From an uncultured archaeon (GTDB lineage Archaea; Aenigmatarchaeota; Aenigmatarchaeia; QMZP01; JAFGSV01), in contig CAYUBD010000002.1 of NCBI GenBank assembly GCA_964442905.1, positions 1 to 37,906 on the forward strand: a stretch of 37,906 nucleotides of DNA. The letters are read 5' to 3'. Within the stretch, counting starts at the first letter, position 1. Every line of letters begins with the position of its first letter. Both the position numbers and the translations under genes were made by a program. The notes beneath the pieces are model-generated. The model saw only the letters and a program-made list of their open reading frames with translations. It was not told the DNA's origin and ran no database searches. Shown in pieces: positions 36,201 to 37,906 of the stretch.

Positions 36201-37906
36201 GTGCATTCGGTATAGCCTGTCGGTGAAGTCTTGGCCATCATTATGTCCACATCGTATGGGTCAGTGTCACCGCTTGATGCTCTTACTGTGAAGTTCCAGT
36301 TTGAATAGCCCCAGCCGTGAGTAGTAGGCGTTACATTGGCATACTCCAGCTTGTAGATAGGGAAGAGGTAGAAAACTCCGGGATCCGATGTTTTCTGTGT
36401 GAAGTTCGGGTAATACCCGACTGCCCCGGCGCCCATGCTGGTGTTATACCACCCCTTCGGTATGGTTATGTTCGTGGCCCAGTCGCATGTGAAGGAGTTC
36501 GCACCGACCTGGTCCACAGGGCTGCACGTGAAAGAGCTGGAAGACTGGTTCGCGAAGAATGACACGGTCGTGGTCACGGGATCTCCGCAGTCGTCCCACG
36601 TTGCGCCAAGGAACGGGACTTTCAGCTCCTGCGTGTAGTTGGTGTCACCGTCGGGCTTTACGAACTCAAGTTCTATGTCTCCCGTCACATTCAGCGTGAG
36701 ATAGTAGTTATTTTCCGTGTTGTTGTTCTTGTAGCATGTGTCATCCTCAATCCTCGCCCTCCACTTCTGGACGTCGACCTGGTATTTCGGGCTGCAGCCG
36801 GCAAGGAAATCATACCTGCCATAACCCGTGCTGTTTGTATAATTCACTGTTCCTGAATCCCATGTCGACCCATCAAGGGTTACATAGAAGTTGAGTGTCA
36901 GGTTCTCTATGAGAGAACCGTTCATGTCCGTGGCCGTAACAAAAAGTGAGGTGGGGAAGCTGTTCCTTCTGGTTTCGGTGTTGTTCCCGCTGTAATAGTT
37001 CAGGTACACCGTGTCCTTCTCGACAGTGAATGCCTGCACGGTTGTCTGGTTCGTTGTCCCCTGCGTGTCATTTGCGAAGATGTAGAAGAATCTGCTGCCT
37101 ATCTCGCCGCACTCCGGGTCCCTTGTGAAGTTTGCCGTCTGCCACTGGTCCGTAATATTGAGTGTGACGTTGCCCATATCATCCCACGGGCCGCTTGTGG
37201 AATTCGAGATGTAAAGAATGAATGTCACGTTGTATGGGGAATCTGTCTGGGCCGTGACGTTGAATGAGAAATTGAATCCCCATTCACCGGAACCCGGGTC
37301 AACTGTGGTGTCCACAAGGTCTATTGTCCTGACTTTCTGGATAGTTACGTTGAACACGCCGCTCTCGTTGTAATTGTAGCATATTTCCGTGTTGTCAACG
37401 AACCCCGCCCAGTTCTGTTTTCCCTCATCGTAACTGCTGTCCGGCGTGAAGGTGAATGGCACGTGGCCTGTGCTGTTTGATTGTGCGGTTCCTGCTTTCT
37501 TGTAGGTGCCGCTTCCCTCCCCGTCGGTCGTTACGTTGTATGCCAGTGTAATCGCATCCTGAAGGTCGTACGTTCCAAGAAGCGTGTCATAAACCCGCAG
37601 GGTCAGTGTAGTTGGAATGGACGATGAAGCCTGGGTCTCGTTTCCGGAATAATATTCTATCGTTACGTTGTGCGTGTCTATGTAGAACGTGTCGTCATTG
37701 TCCACATAGTCACCGGGGTTCAGAACGTCTGTAGTCACAATGTAACTCTCGTTATCTACTGCAGTAAACCTGAACTTCATGTACTGTCCTGCATAGCCCG
37801 TGCAGGGGAGGATGACATTGGTCCAGTTCAGCTGAGTATATCCCTGTGCGTTGTCCGAGCAGTTCTCACAGCTCCTGTTCTCATAGTCCTCCCATGTGCC
37901 TCCAAG
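6281..37906 (-). CDS. Giant cell-surface protein, at least 10,541 codons in the window and 5'-truncated by the window edge. It has a sequon-rich multi-domain beta-sandwich ectodomain, one C-terminal TM helix and a cytoplasmic HerA/DUF87-type P-loop ATPase domain.
   Basis: The ORF track gives an uninterrupted frame over 6281..37780 (10,499 aa). I translated 37781..37906 in the same frame and found no stop: LGGTWEDYENRSCENCSDNAQGYTQLNWTNVILPCTGYAGQY, then MKFRF. The ORF therefore continues past the right edge. The stop is TAG at 6281..6283. A regular domain periodicity of about 1 kb and a sharp ectodomain/cytoplasm composition split argue for a real gene. Confidence 0.93.
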   Translation of the reverse strand, partial: LGGTWEDYENRSCENCSDNAQGYTQLNWTNVILPCTGYAGQYMKFRFTAVDNESYIVTTDVLNPGDYVDNDDTFYIDTHNVTIEYYSGNETQASSSIPTTLTLRVYDTLLGTYDLQDAITLAYNVTTDGEGSGTYKKAGTAQSNSTGHVPFTFTPDSSYDEGKQNWAGFVDNTEICYNYNESGVFNVTIQKVRTIDLVDTTVDPGSGEWGFNFSFNVTAQTDSPYNVTFILYISNSTSGPWDDMGNVTLNITDQWQTANFTRDPECGEIGSRFFYIFANDTQGTTNQTTVQAFTVEKDTVYLNYYSGNNTETRRNSFPTSLFVTATDMNGSLIENLTLNFYVTLDGSTWDSGTVNYTNSTGYGRYDFLAGCSPKYQVDVQKWRARIEDDTCYKNNNTENNYYLTLNVTGDIELEFVKPDGDTNYTQELKVPFLGATWDDCGDPVTTTVSFFANQSSSSFTCSPVDQVGANSFTCDWATNITIPKGWYNTSMGAGAVGYYPNFTQKTSDPGVFYLFPIYKLEYANVTPTTHGWGYSNWNFTVRASSGDTDPYDVDIMMAKTSPTGYTECTTCVNQTIVSCAYPDCINETIYWYNNFSYDDVGNWFYKYELSSEATGGFDTFTITKDNVSVEYHSGNDTNPSTSVSVNLSVRVYDLIAQTYNHSTPADVVFEVLDSGYSGGSKEIGTAQTDPDGKAEILFLPSCDYVDGQQIWRARISATDDAYNYNESENLTITLDLSNCQANPSIDFYYHPDETLQYDNFTIKATIATYIGDSSDVYATLDVPPEWDVDDRVRYLGTVNLGSPETVTWTVNGTTEGTFNVTIKANNSYGTEDTVDFITTNYKYNWSQSTNPFPIPVASGDSSDLTFPCMSGDYRLETFSISMDSGSESAFRIYAYNSTSFNEILNYEIINGNLYRELRIPGQHVTPNGSGLCILKFENIGDSTITVNSANMTSYLESKAYVLGIMPYISSTETYSLDGYDTSLNVNVTVLNSHNHTINPDLWVNITDESGTVVNSTYIQPSIGADSFSTESIENIDIVSWDGTYTIMAYLSYDGNVSVINESLTKENISYETWYNPFICPEDTDDVYVVLSNQYDEDVEYNVTLEVPSGWSYQPSQRTISATGITSYAAEFNVTSPLSTEDGTINVSVVYQLPHKQYSENTSINIENDNHGVLEVIRETPVYVSSSKVFEGAITIHNKGCAQISGVAIQDNIKSGWTPANPGLSGDVELVSSSVDLEENILEWVLGTIDENQYALLTYQIKAPPGSGETGYALWNLTYDSDKELSEYEEHDFQTANYTGESHLEFLLEANQRSEFPWPEPKTVQANHSYNFSLKITNIGDIAANNWSVNLSVPHACEILAVYDDGVYNAVSNTVRWNVSGLGSRSIIRHNVTVNCTQTEKQMFYVTATRDTTNQSSYSDDVYYTCSGEECSTTVNPVFTDPSQPYERLSNINLSILYDFSATNLTIGEGYAYMVDDDSTERYTWYNHSAGDTSGSHSVLYYPSAGFVSNVRPINLYAHADGTQNPIGNVTINQINYTWDYGNLFEETQELFAKVKQYQFNPLVRNANMTRETGGWGEDWNFSVETMDRFSRDVNVSLWLKPPLGSYQSISSFTCSPCTDWTQINFSYTHDCNDKGIWEYKFNMTVIEDGNYTTETTTGNGDYVTDDDYLIEQDDVDVFNITPSWNITVNRSQPYNFTLLANDTDNQTVPNALNYRETFIGVSKTGNNETYENYYPVTPVNSTGYIIYEMINDTTHWCKGWSGSTGTFHLGQNYWKGGILSATCYKDNITEPDPYNAIPFWLMGSLHPDMITPDTTRNYTRADLGPSANYTITLNGTSTDDCSDYKSSITNFPVSFTAESGAYSDTLVVGSTTGNYYTYNWNPDGSAPLGWYNVTMLAYTGGSYIDDYWNGTYFLENAFFLASIPDLTAIGIEPGTSGCWGQSPFNFTLNVSDDDNNTVNVTMYLNSTYTGGAWQLYNYSVCTDCNRTQPIEFSRNFTCGEIGDWDVMFMADDSAGFSYNLTEQFEVMKENITINLYDGDGADINRSDTKEGYRHNLSVMINDTILDETITGISTSNVHSWAETSGSSWNEETPVLNTTNFYYNTFNPGCAYEPGVRNWKFNVSGDTCYTDNESQEFTVYIWGDIDANLTNPDGNTNYTVGQEDIFLRVHVEDECGENVTGLQYSSSEIYFNLTHETGQNYQCASINEEGYGWYNCTYSTTGMLVGDYNATVYTNRSYYNHDTDYSYFFLSSAPILQYPAVIPSSGGWNRTYNYTINITDEDNDTVTVNFYLNSTVTSGWEFQTNDQCTDCDNTTVSFQKMYACTAGDSSNLTTWQFFFNSTDTHDNNASSQENSHTITKDTVNITHLSGDGGTVNISSLVTLSSYVYDFDAQANTTQPEVILYVMENSTDWDNGTVVTPGSGIYAHDFNATCNYTPHTSSWKMNISDQPCYKDNETDIFELIILGYLNNQISEPNGEVFDAGTNVTITGNITDSCGNPISGANVRFIVNGTSSGYCPNATGWVMNDTGNVYTCNWSSWGSLSGAYNITMLSYKSFYNNDTYTKENAFSLTMIPRLQYSNVTPRNEGWSINKTFTVNVTDLGDNATVRMWILKNGTSVWNEVSSSQECKSCNNVQLNWTYEFNYDDVDLWYFKFNATDTEGNNYTTNITSANDYVDDNETFYVEKDDVEFIYVYGNETTTNKTAPTTFIILVNDTDSGEILSSSIPNATIQFEVTENDDSYLVDGSNWTNTTGYVNYEFLASCVYDPGKQKWRVIAGPSDPYYQSSYSSVYNVTLQMQCPEFNVTTLYTPGEAFQYRWFGLNATIQVKDRSATNVNATLLTHGWETAEGSVQYVGTISSGVGSTSFEYVYWNVNATDVVPYLYPFDINVSANTSAPAPHYNYTDDNQTSLIIYKLLESVSAVETTPVNVTPGSPNVFSFPCEAGDYRVGNISVGWTSSGGTAMVEVYNSTAWIDVVHSRLVSGTENIDISLLKAQVAPNGTGFCLARLSADGSNVTVNSMEFEAYYRPTMKVIDIMPEVNGYATKGTRPSDSIFNVSVGIDNPINVSYTADITLNVTNSSGDAINSTTRTGVVINYNSTHYENFTSINLSGHPEGMYSLNAYIDSQLPDHMLSEPFVYGTPEISLTLPNYWCNGTQKTFDVELYHPFYDTVAYNISVEVSAGWILDSTYQEITMYSPGYRTVTFTLNSSQNNENMTINVTANYTYPGIIQQTVNESEILENGNQISVLEIIRETPQVIGGGKVFESALVIHNGGCGIAEGMITLIDVMPSDWIPFNPQIEGSSISYTASTDLENPAYNTITWYIDTSLGTNQSSVTENEYAVATYKIKAPTDLSNPGEFRWNLSWHDSISFKESQENEPFQLYTMNYSSESHLEFDIDVHERSEYPWYEPRSILPNMEYNHSLKVTNIGDITTQNNDWNITVVIPADCNATHAYSSGVYSPSESTISWLLPSIASRETSWLNFTLNCTATGKKIFYPNAEKETRNSTSYEDTVNIHSSQDYNFDSPSEPYQELSEMRFRLNYSYSGTNLTIGESYVNITDDEGTAHVISQNHEFDDFQDEIWSNYSVGEWESFTGTTQTISLNSHADATHSPQSSVAVNMINYTWNYGKLFNETQELFTKVRVFKYLPLIENETIDTQPDVLGGWGEPWNFSVMVRDRFGRNVTTDLYHKKGAAAYSLVDTYLCVDCLPWTQVNMTYDYVCGDIGEWKYLFSANNSDGSLNTSEYIYNIEQDDVDVFNITPSWNITVNRSQPYNFTLLANDTDNQTVPNALNYRETFIGVSKTGNNETYENYYPVTPVNSTGYIIYEMINDTTHWCKGWSGSTGTFHLGQNYWKGGILSATCYKDNITEPDPYNAIPFWLMGSLHPDMITPDTTRNYTRADLGPSANYTITLNGTSTDDCSDYKSSITNFPVSFTAESGAYSDTLVVGSTTGNYYTYNWNPDGSAPLGWYNVTMLAYTGGSYIDDYWNGTYFLENAFFLASIPDLTAIGIEPGTSGCWGQSPFNFTLNVSDDDNNTVNVTMYLNSTYTGGAWQLYNYSVCTDCNRTQPIEFSRNFTCGEIGDWDVMFMADDSAGFSYNLTEQFEVMKENITINVTGGNDTAINRSDLNTYHEIQLAFQIWDTIKNQTTVALNNATEVFTRIEKDTDDWQTVNEINNTTHYYYDFNASCSYVPGKRNWKVNISSPCYIDYETENFPITIFGDVVSTLTNPTELQNYDQSENVTLNGTIVDDCSNDLANASIRFMINSTGSGSTFYCPSPAAFVTNTTGNYYECVWNSSAAPSGYYNITMFSYKDYHNNDSDTNYGIFVVAPVALQDEDVTPDSGGWGDVFDFSVNVSHYTNVTVCLNISDDNFVSYDDSNCQNVTLSSDTKMIYFNETYTCDDRGPWWFKFNAVDIYDKGKSQTPVGTFTVTRDTLEFIHVLGNDSNVSRNDSVGGDYFSRFILYLNDTNNNQPAYYTTGQDLPIVYFNVTVNGSDYNYDGYNRTNSTGHINYDFDPACTYDEGEQVWFAYIKTEQCYFAANSEMYNLTVNGQLYPNVTWPNGTEYEYSIFPAENVLNISGDVLSECMDEYINVSVVNFTIINDANPIFRYWCTSTITNQGNGTYNCTWNYGQTGDQIEGDGFGWFNIEMNASNVSFFNNGSRTKYHAFKIIPYEFSPPILKNESVIFESGGGWGENFTFTVNVTDIDAENVTIQFWLSPEDINWTWIENQTCVECLAESEMQFFYKNFTCENITDTGQYRYFKFNATDPHNTTDRPSFNFTVEKDDVDIGYGGYGNSTEVNRTEIIHLRLWMYDTDSGDNVSSGINGTIRVTYNGSDFDSGTKNTTDSDSYLNYFFTPNCTHDVGTQLWYGGSTGNKCYKDNHSVNYTFTVIGWLNNTLITPNGTDYSNIYLTDDNVTVTFAVNDEVTGNDCEFNISDANVSLKISHNGFEEYCTPVFNWTGGIYNCTWNISSNPSGWYNVTISSNKTLYNPDIELRQSFFHEVDPVLSGAYNDKKSIQWGTNAAKSRITFYVNVTDDDDNVTVRVWHSNASSSGPWYQVSSSPQYCVDCNNDTMTFTHTYTSWNDIGTYYWMVNATDKYGRNHSLADPGNFTFNVTKRNLTFTVLNGSDSYVNRTFGNQTYFRLRVYDNYTGSPPLSGFLDVPGAFYVTKDLENFSFYYQMVVTGAGYMFANFNPDCSYDVMRQLWRGQVNGSERYYDAYSDYYNVTVESILNTTLNPPQLYIIKDEEEVKLYTTVQDLDPSCGYITGASVTFHVKYATGGVEFLCEGANVYDMNNGTYNCTWSTATLPLGWYNVSMNATKQNAGIGQYFYPDEDGIDNAFRLVRRPELVTVVNDTDREGWGHEFNFNVSFQDREGENYDNITLWKAYDQAGPFYDVDTQYDVESTTWTTLEYYVNFSCDDYVNSQTNGVVYLKFNATNMWGKNNETEIFNVTLYKDNLSLSVLSGSDATVSRVGSDFRNLVVYAYDENRLRPVSDPAANASYFITNDTNTVNMVNFTSSNASGQFLYRFNPDCNYTTGEQSWNLSITNDVCYAYNDTGDQVITVKGQLMNYLHEPVQHSDYNVTDQVLLNFSILGDCDETIDDISPGYQLQLTKQVELFSPTDYDTCTPLNYEGQAFYNCTWDSTDHDEGNWTINITSSDSFQYLYFQNETEFADWFWLENIEPQNQTTPSVAPSSDGWTRWFNYSMQISDPENDTTNCTLWISTDGQQNWTMNGTMTLPEGDGTCYIVLDDFRKTDLDFSSGYDTDNYFFFTVEDIEQNNTYNTSIISGPVLEPANITITEIIGNGSKVNITTDASEYTTFILRINDTDNHSKPETMNITFWTELSEGVWDWSNLTLTNSSGYAEYNFAPNCSYAPGVRKWYAEATDMYYDRNATENFTVNINGSLTNYLLYPNGQRLLRGSGQNITIQVKVNDTCGNNMTDLTEENITIRMHSLNTGQYFLCNGTFHIGDGVYNCTFNSTGMPTMGYDTIVNTSRQYYNPNEITVPYTSSTSFFIETLPLIEYPNVTSQGDPTGVPFGWGENFTFSVNTTDEDNDTLTVYLWLNITGAWVLADSNDSVHAKEETMVSFTLVSYFDGNDLQNNPIYYKFNVTDSFYDAETQENNITLTKDDVQGELVAGNDSIVTRGASGAFTWQVKFLDTDKGGNVGNSRFGDFWFTKTDSNDNWIRIPTPPLPPGQTDVSGVLTTQHPNDLDPDGINCSFMIGPHYWRARLIDNPWYQDKYSYVYNWTVVTEPLIVNITLPDYGPYVRGTEPILIRANVSDECRLLNNSDVVFWSTTGGTQYRCPQAGFADDEGDGNYNCTVPANVPEDDLWSYGWHNITSEVNRSYYNSTNTFKEDAYYLASVPQFQTTPDAISTLWEGGAGNGGWGESWEFNVRSGNADGDKMNVSLLINVTDIFEVRNSTNITSTSGTWIRFRSHNFTCTDLQGQTSSTKDYKFNSTSYLWGYSNETNNTFTIFRDDTLVIHYLGEKLQPSINRSGNDYKLLGAYLNDTDRSKVNVGSNVQSAFRVSTTANPVDLGTYIIYNITNTISNGSFYHNFDPNCSFSVGLQGWWAGAYGDACYEDTEFPGSYVYAYIFGQLYNNIEQPAEGTIVQVGDILTVRFNITTDCSNEGLVNATSVILQFGSPEDDWEDCQQLNAEGDGWYNCSWNTSFHIGGNWSIRMFSDNGTLWNENNSILVNWTYLNNTPPTATEFSVAFDDDGGWGEDFNYTVFINDTQYDNVSCRLWVYNGSAWLKKDNTTVYGGVGNCSILVTDFTCGDISNYTRYLFEIDDGTNLFNTSNQTGLNITKDDVVISYVYGHDTNVSRALTNTATLIVRINDTDRENMSVVSGVNGIFWVTADGENYTYHDYNENTTNSSGYLILEFDPWCQHYAVGPQYWKGGTYSDQCYKDANVTIGGNNFTVLIMGEFNHTLEALDPYFYKRGENVTIAGHAPDYDDCEQLGYSNITIILNHESGKNYTYDTIADGTGTYLYQINTSILSARWYNTTSTASRDYYYNGTAYYTDHFYVVTSPALSDPILYSEQGGDVGGWGETWSFHVNVTDEDLDNVTVNLQIRLYGEGPGDWDTRNTTVLTSPVNVTVNMTLYVPTLFQDQQVVWEYRFTATESECDHDACGNSDQTQAINFTIEKDNVTIIVVDGYEAPSNEVWRFGGQEINFSLLVWDTDRDMAVDPSGSGTIWSTHNGSNYNDGWDLSTDNGYLNISFNPECGDTPFYVVGEHDWLGGIINDSYYFDTNSTVETWILNSNMAVEIVAPDGESYERGGRVNISTYVTECGYPVLNADSFTITTKRNACIGAYCWYTCTDETEGGGWYNCSWQTLGSYTKGWYDARQTISENYYETNVTLKPNAFYLGNIPDLYNPAIDHYVGGWGEEYDFYMCIDDQDQNFNNITILKSFDTDSWTLKAYHGRTLASTGTPVCSNTFPQYFSGHMDITFMCQDYLDGPLAYFKFNTTDDSDFTDETGIFQPIELIHNASVGDAGLNYTETITEEGSGIMNYFNITFHNSNGTTLYYNLTVNGVLVDSNRSVSDGTDVTLDVSGLTSFILPGDQSINLTIMDASGQISNATYLVYLEYYSGLLELIFQTDNVTNTIDDLNSSDTLRRLGDNEANITFRISDDDSSLYQYPVDASGKVWIKQYGNEYVTETVHSMSNTTKVLHTASPDAGYNHTEYISASGYPEYFNITVENLNGTTIYYNLTVNGVQIAGNQSVADGVNSTTDAVSSGVPVTAPGYQSINLTIMETGGNISNATYNLHLEYIALSHGVNYTSEIGVTGGVTYFNITVENLNGTTMYYNLTVNGAQIADSQSVADGVNSTTDAVSSGVSFTVPGYQSINLTIMDASGQISNATYNAYLFYLPGLISIPCNTTTGGYCQVKYNATCDSIAGIQKWLGETDDVCYETEYTTTDEDITVYGQLYVNPQVPANGSIINRNTAVSLTATVTDDCDSYINDTSVVWYNESWYQIAAGYNTTWNVPYNYELGPEVLHLNATRQYYDENTNMTDVLVYGWSTVDAILPENNTDFSAGTAVTVTCHVADLNTGIDLEGYVVTFYKDSVYNHTNSTDANGSTTWVWDTQYDTAGGHNISCNITDNTTLYYNASFAMNQTNIIIHRPLWIQYPIWQNYTWIYRNDSFSPNRTHIKVTVRDANLIPGYAEDATVHFYNSTGYLGNCTTDSVGICWFLFNPEDDTYPQDYVIYINATKPSTNEPSSTNTTSVEVRGILYINITSPQNGTLVSKTVDWFIANATVWDENGNYSHSLTVTWYDEDLQPLTVVGTSGLASYIDPDPMSTGMQNITAIAEKSYYDDAEENVTIIVTGAASVYIEPSLHLSSKPYPEPFNFTCYVEDDDGGMGIDKYPVYVWYRYDGASSYTYNGTHYTNSTGYITHTWAPENKDDIWFKCNITDNQTLLYNVSQDEETALVYIEDTEPPQVYNVSVIPNSSIEANLNYTNITATVTDNYQVLEAKANITYPNGTWFYADMTNISQDDYRIQYTPPVGGLYLVRVHAWDPFDEHNMNVSEYYNFTVWGNTLGWINTTPESEIADGITQTDDHRFNLSINFTNFGPPNAYEVVLSVYDSSGNVEYMNITTLAIEENISCGNMAAGESCLWNVTVVIKTDTPPGLIQINANATWRDPDNTYNSTVDITNVYVSSNPVLEIIEDSVEKSVQHGLKTHVGNMTAVSSGNIPLIDVYVFDVGGNFFTGCPLCVLDLTPDYQGYVQDGDNFTVDVTVTVPNGQAPGDYWTKLRANASNAAYDEALLNVTVETNRSWAAVPDTFGTVLTPLSTNGTLGIINFTNTGNVKLTLTFYRTGAATPYVRLNGTLLGFFPVDVGKLVEGVMYIGYELPGTVSPGQVDGEIVITAWETDTSTDAVPPTKSVTFTMNITNPAPYIEDAKAEPEFFEINFENTTVSATIYDNTDVNFAWVNVTKPDGNWTIIPMSNNQSYYWINYSTNTTGLYNFEICANDTEGVQRCVNINGTAVANTTVIVVPNATVFYAENVSIYNSTTIPITFNTTAGYARAYNVTVNVTPYGGWYVSQDSFNYSIMYKNWTETENISITVPEGTLAGNYTLNFTADWTNIDNTTDNSTTTVTIEVVPYPSLEATTGNITVYVGIVNITYGNATLGVRSIGNINVTNVTTSCVSGYVCDNFSSNFVPQIVGAIEPGDTENITVEINTNDPETPSGTYSGILEISADGGIFDIIDIFVKIPTNLSWTQTPGLLEKEAMQGTSGSLGTITLNNDGNVNPTVVDSWISPMPGDGDYFNASQTGTMPVYLGTPVEISMEYTAPVIYDPTTLTAYYRTYNNSGGTEITKETELRLTVHPYFVEILEPTEAQPFVNITENDTIISRVNLSYGRYAVTSNESVVWNATLSDGTDEYWVNATPTFIHLIKNYTGGLIHSASNDTGFNHTEEVTGNGSMAYFNITLVNLNDTVIYYNLTVNGVQVADNQSVINGTNATVDAVSAGADFNISGNQTINLTIMNSTGQLANATYDAYLKYGINASDEGHWILNFSAPDLPLGRAYDLKVSANYTINGTNTSLFLSDTEYKSVIYEDTTPPDIVIDVFSKVSTNTTADIHLYVTDAGGVNTSKIMVTVTHHNVTENLTMNYMSRSGDTYTFLGQFTNTSEKGTYVIDAVAYDMSGNYNTSQKSFLVSLLVYFHGIANDQEELPAQSPLDVDFSLFYTDAEWYFNFSTDGVGYYNRTIDAGIYNILMNVWNETIDMRGADIQTHVHDPFLFGLIKDMGLVGYNTRGLFEARTFEANDNITVDENTTVDLEFDNVTITFNYSSYESEISSTNLLGIYYCDSWTPWVGCSDDWTRLANANVSIHDKTISAFLTSLDGGYAVAEYICGNDECETDYGESNANCPQDCEPAEPQPPPERGGGGGGGGGAGAISAPSAPRIPVKIDSRLIFVTLRPGEHEIHSIDIDNNLPGTITADVKVEGNAWELVMIEKPSIDIRGSSTGTIKIKVFTLPSTMEGIYTGDIITSIRGRNITHVTPITVKVQKPKEPLLDVKVKALSKTVEPGTNLSLEVTLLNMGETSKIDDIVVTYEMRHLDTEKIVLREQETLGMENVRTFKRSIYVPEDTPIGRYSLELNVTYWSGGKQAFAIDSFDVLYIAPPLKMLQALFSSWITYALLFAIIPGYYFGMRFYTDFRKKKKSKSRYIFPMDVNKLPKAGDRSLLVGKIAETDMKAYMTLDDLTTHSIAAGSTGAGKSVSAQVCSEDLLKRGVPIVVIDPTAQWTGFMRACKDSAMLDLYPQFGMKPDDARGFKVNIMVVESSDFVPPWKDIMERKGEMTVLVTEKLPNKDMDTFVRRTVESLFEMRLPEAREMRMMIIFDEVHRLLPKYGGKGGYVVLERACREFRKWGIGIFMISQVLMDFRGAIRANISTEIQLRSKYEGDINRVKTKYGPDYASKITKLVTGTGLMQNAAYNNGKPWFVSFRPLLHDTKRLTAEELDKYVKISKDADALKKQFEALKTKGTDTGDVEVELNLALDKLKQGLFTMAESYMESVKTRMKSM
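6284..6502 (-). other. C-terminal charged, coiled-coil-like tail of the ATPase domain
   Basis: DTKRLTAEELDKYVKISKDADALKKQFEALKTKGTDTGDVEVELNLALDKLKQGLFTMAESYMESVKTRMKSM. It is helical and amphipathic in character. Confidence 0.5.
6827..6847 (-). other. Walker B motif (MMIIFDE, followed by VH)
   Basis: Codons ATG ATG ATA ATA TTC GAT GAG: a hydrophobic strand ending in D-E. Confidence 0.8.
7199..7222 (-). other. Walker A motif (GSTGAGKS)
   Basis: Codons GGT TCA ACG GGC GCC GGC AAG TCC, read in the giant ORF's frame. Confidence 0.9.
7400..7477 (-). other. Single transmembrane helix of the giant protein (type I topology)
   Basis: The segment MLQALFSSWITYALLFAIIPGYYFGM is followed directly by RFYTDFRKKKKSKSR, a positive-inside cluster. 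It is the only long hydrophobic segment I saw in the visible protein. Confidence 0.8.
7478..8176 (-). other. Two membrane-proximal, sequon-poor, K/E-rich beta-sandwich (CARDB-like) domains
   Basis: The region runs from RIPVKIDSRLIFVTLRPGEHEIHSIDIDNNLPGTITADVKVEG to EPGTNLSLEVTLLNMGETSKIDDIVVTYEM to GRYSLELNVTYW. I count only 3 sequons in about 230 aa, against about 1 per 15 aa further out. Confidence 0.55.
8177..8236 (-). other. Pro-rich plus poly-Gly hinge (EPAEPQPPPER then a Gly run)
   Basis: I read nine consecutive Gly codons at 8177..8203 (GGC GGC GGG GGA GGA GGA GGT GGC GGA). They are preceded by a P/E-rich stretch at 8204..8236. Confidence 0.85.
8237..8299 (-). other. Small Cys-rich knot (CGNDECETDYGESNANCPQDC)
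   Basis: Four Cys in 21 residues immediately before the hinge. The first Cys codon is at 8299..8297 and the last at 8239..8237. Confidence 0.7.
8300..14261 (-). other. Heterogeneous array of Ig-like, carboxypeptidase-regulatory-like and CARDB/NEW3-like beta-sandwich domains (approximate bounds)
   Basis: Example motifs: AGTAVTVTCHVADLNTGIDLEGYVVTFYKD...TDANGSTTWVWD; VTVTVPNGQAPGDYWTKLRANASN; PEGTLAGNYTLNFTADWTN; PSGTYSGILEISADGG. There are also three PPxI...A.D..GN Ig-like domains at about 12300..12575, 10930..11200 and 8920..9200. Confidence 0.5.
9358..9652 (-). repeat. YYNLTVNG-type domain, copy 4, an isolated copy about 4.6 kb downstream (approximate bounds)
   Basis: HSASNDTGFNHTEEVTGNGSMAYFNITLVNLNDTVIYYNLTVNGVQVADNQSVINGTNATVDAVSAGADFNISGNQTINLTIMNSTGQLANATYDAYLKY. 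Confidence 0.7.
14262..14559 (-). repeat. YYNLTVNG-type domain, copy 3, in tandem with copy 2 at a 300-nt period (approximate bounds)
   Basis: SHGVNYTSEIGVTGGVTYFNITVENLNGTTMYYNLTVNGAQIADSQSVADGVNSTTDAVSSGVSFTVPGYQSINLTIMDASGQISNATYNAYLFY. Confidence 0.7.
14560..14870 (-). repeat. YYNLTVNG-type domain, copy 2 (approximate bounds)
   Basis: HTASPDAGYNHTEYISASGYPEYFNITVENLNGTTIYYNLTVNGVQIAGNQSVADGVNSTTDAVSSGVPVTAPGYQSINLTIMETGGNISNATYNLHLEY. Confidence 0.7.
15105..15425 (-). repeat. YYNLTVNG-type domain of about 100 aa, copy 1 (approximate bounds)
   Basis: HNASVGDAGLNYTETITEEGSGIMNYFNITFHNSNGTTLYYNLTVNGVLVDSNRSVSDGTDVTLDVSGLTSFILPGDQSINLTIMDASGQISNATYLVYLEY. Confidence 0.7.
15430..26975 (-). 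repeat. Array of 12 consecutive tri-domain (a-b-c) modules, each about 1 kb (approximate bounds)
   Basis: The Trp codon of the conserved G-W-G/GGWG motif recurs at 26917, 25858, 24877, 23833, 22852, 21826, 20809, 19783, 18736, 17725, 16741 and 15727. Spacings are 981 to 1,059 nt. Confidence 0.8.
25572..26662 (-). repeat. Perfect 1,091-bp direct repeat, copy A (one complete b-c-a module, 364 aa)
   Basis: My line-by-line comparison found it identical to 31806..32896. Mismatches flank it at 25571/31805 and 26663/32897. Identical antisense ORFs in the track (25921..26109 = 32155..32343; 26369.. = 32603..) confirm an offset of 6,234. Confidence 0.9.
26976..29527 (-). other. Insert block 2, a diverged paralogue of block 1 (LQMQCPEFNVTT ... 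NYTWNYGKLFNETQELFTKVR)
   Basis: It shares collinear landmarks with block 1: FPCxxGDYR, VAPNGTGFC/VTPNGSGLC, VLE(V/I)IRETP, SESHLEF, EYPWxEP, NLTIGE and NYTWxYGxLF. Confidence 0.6.
29528..33230 (-). repeat. Array of 4 tri-domain modules between the two insert blocks (approximate bounds)
   Basis: Motif Trp codons lie at 33184, 32092, 31108 and 30148, with spacings of 960 to 1,092 nt. Confidence 0.75.
31806..32896 (-). repeat. Perfect 1,091-bp direct repeat, copy B
   Basis: Same evidence as copy A. The offset of 6,234 nt equals 3 x 2,078, so the copies are in phase. Confidence 0.9.
33231..35707 (-). other. Insert block 1, a non-module domain set of about 825 aa (LDLSNCQANPS ... NYTWDYGNLFEETQELFAKVK)
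   Basis: It interrupts the 1-kb periodicity. It contains DUF11/CARDB-like stretches such as VLEVIRETPVYVSSSKVFEGAITIHNKGCAQISGVAIQDNIKSGWTP, and is collinear with block 2. Confidence 0.6.
35708..37906 (-). repeat. N-terminal-most visible modules: two complete a-domains and one cut by the window edge
   Basis: Motif Trp codons lie at 37282 and 36313. The a-domain tail SCENCSDNAQGYTQLNWTNVILPCTGYAGQYMKFRFTAVDNESY spans the listed Met. Confidence 0.7.

Noticed and set aside
406-36638. Dozens of plus-strand ORFs of 60 to 213 aa in the track, for example 15419..16060, 26369..27001, 6795..7394, 22085..22663 and the overlapping set 5285..6320.
   Set aside because: All are antisense to three long, periodic, compositionally coherent minus-strand genes. 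Their products are low-complexity: S/F/L-rich opposite the E/K-rich gene 2, and V/R/C/G-rich opposite the N/T/Y-rich ectodomain. None has an SD-like site that I could see. Identical pairs such as 25921..26109 = 32155..32343 simply mirror the 1,091-bp repeat.
37778-37780. Met at 37780 as the translation start of the giant gene.
   Set aside because: The frame is open upstream to the window edge. The upstream residues also complete a conserved domain, so the Met is internal.
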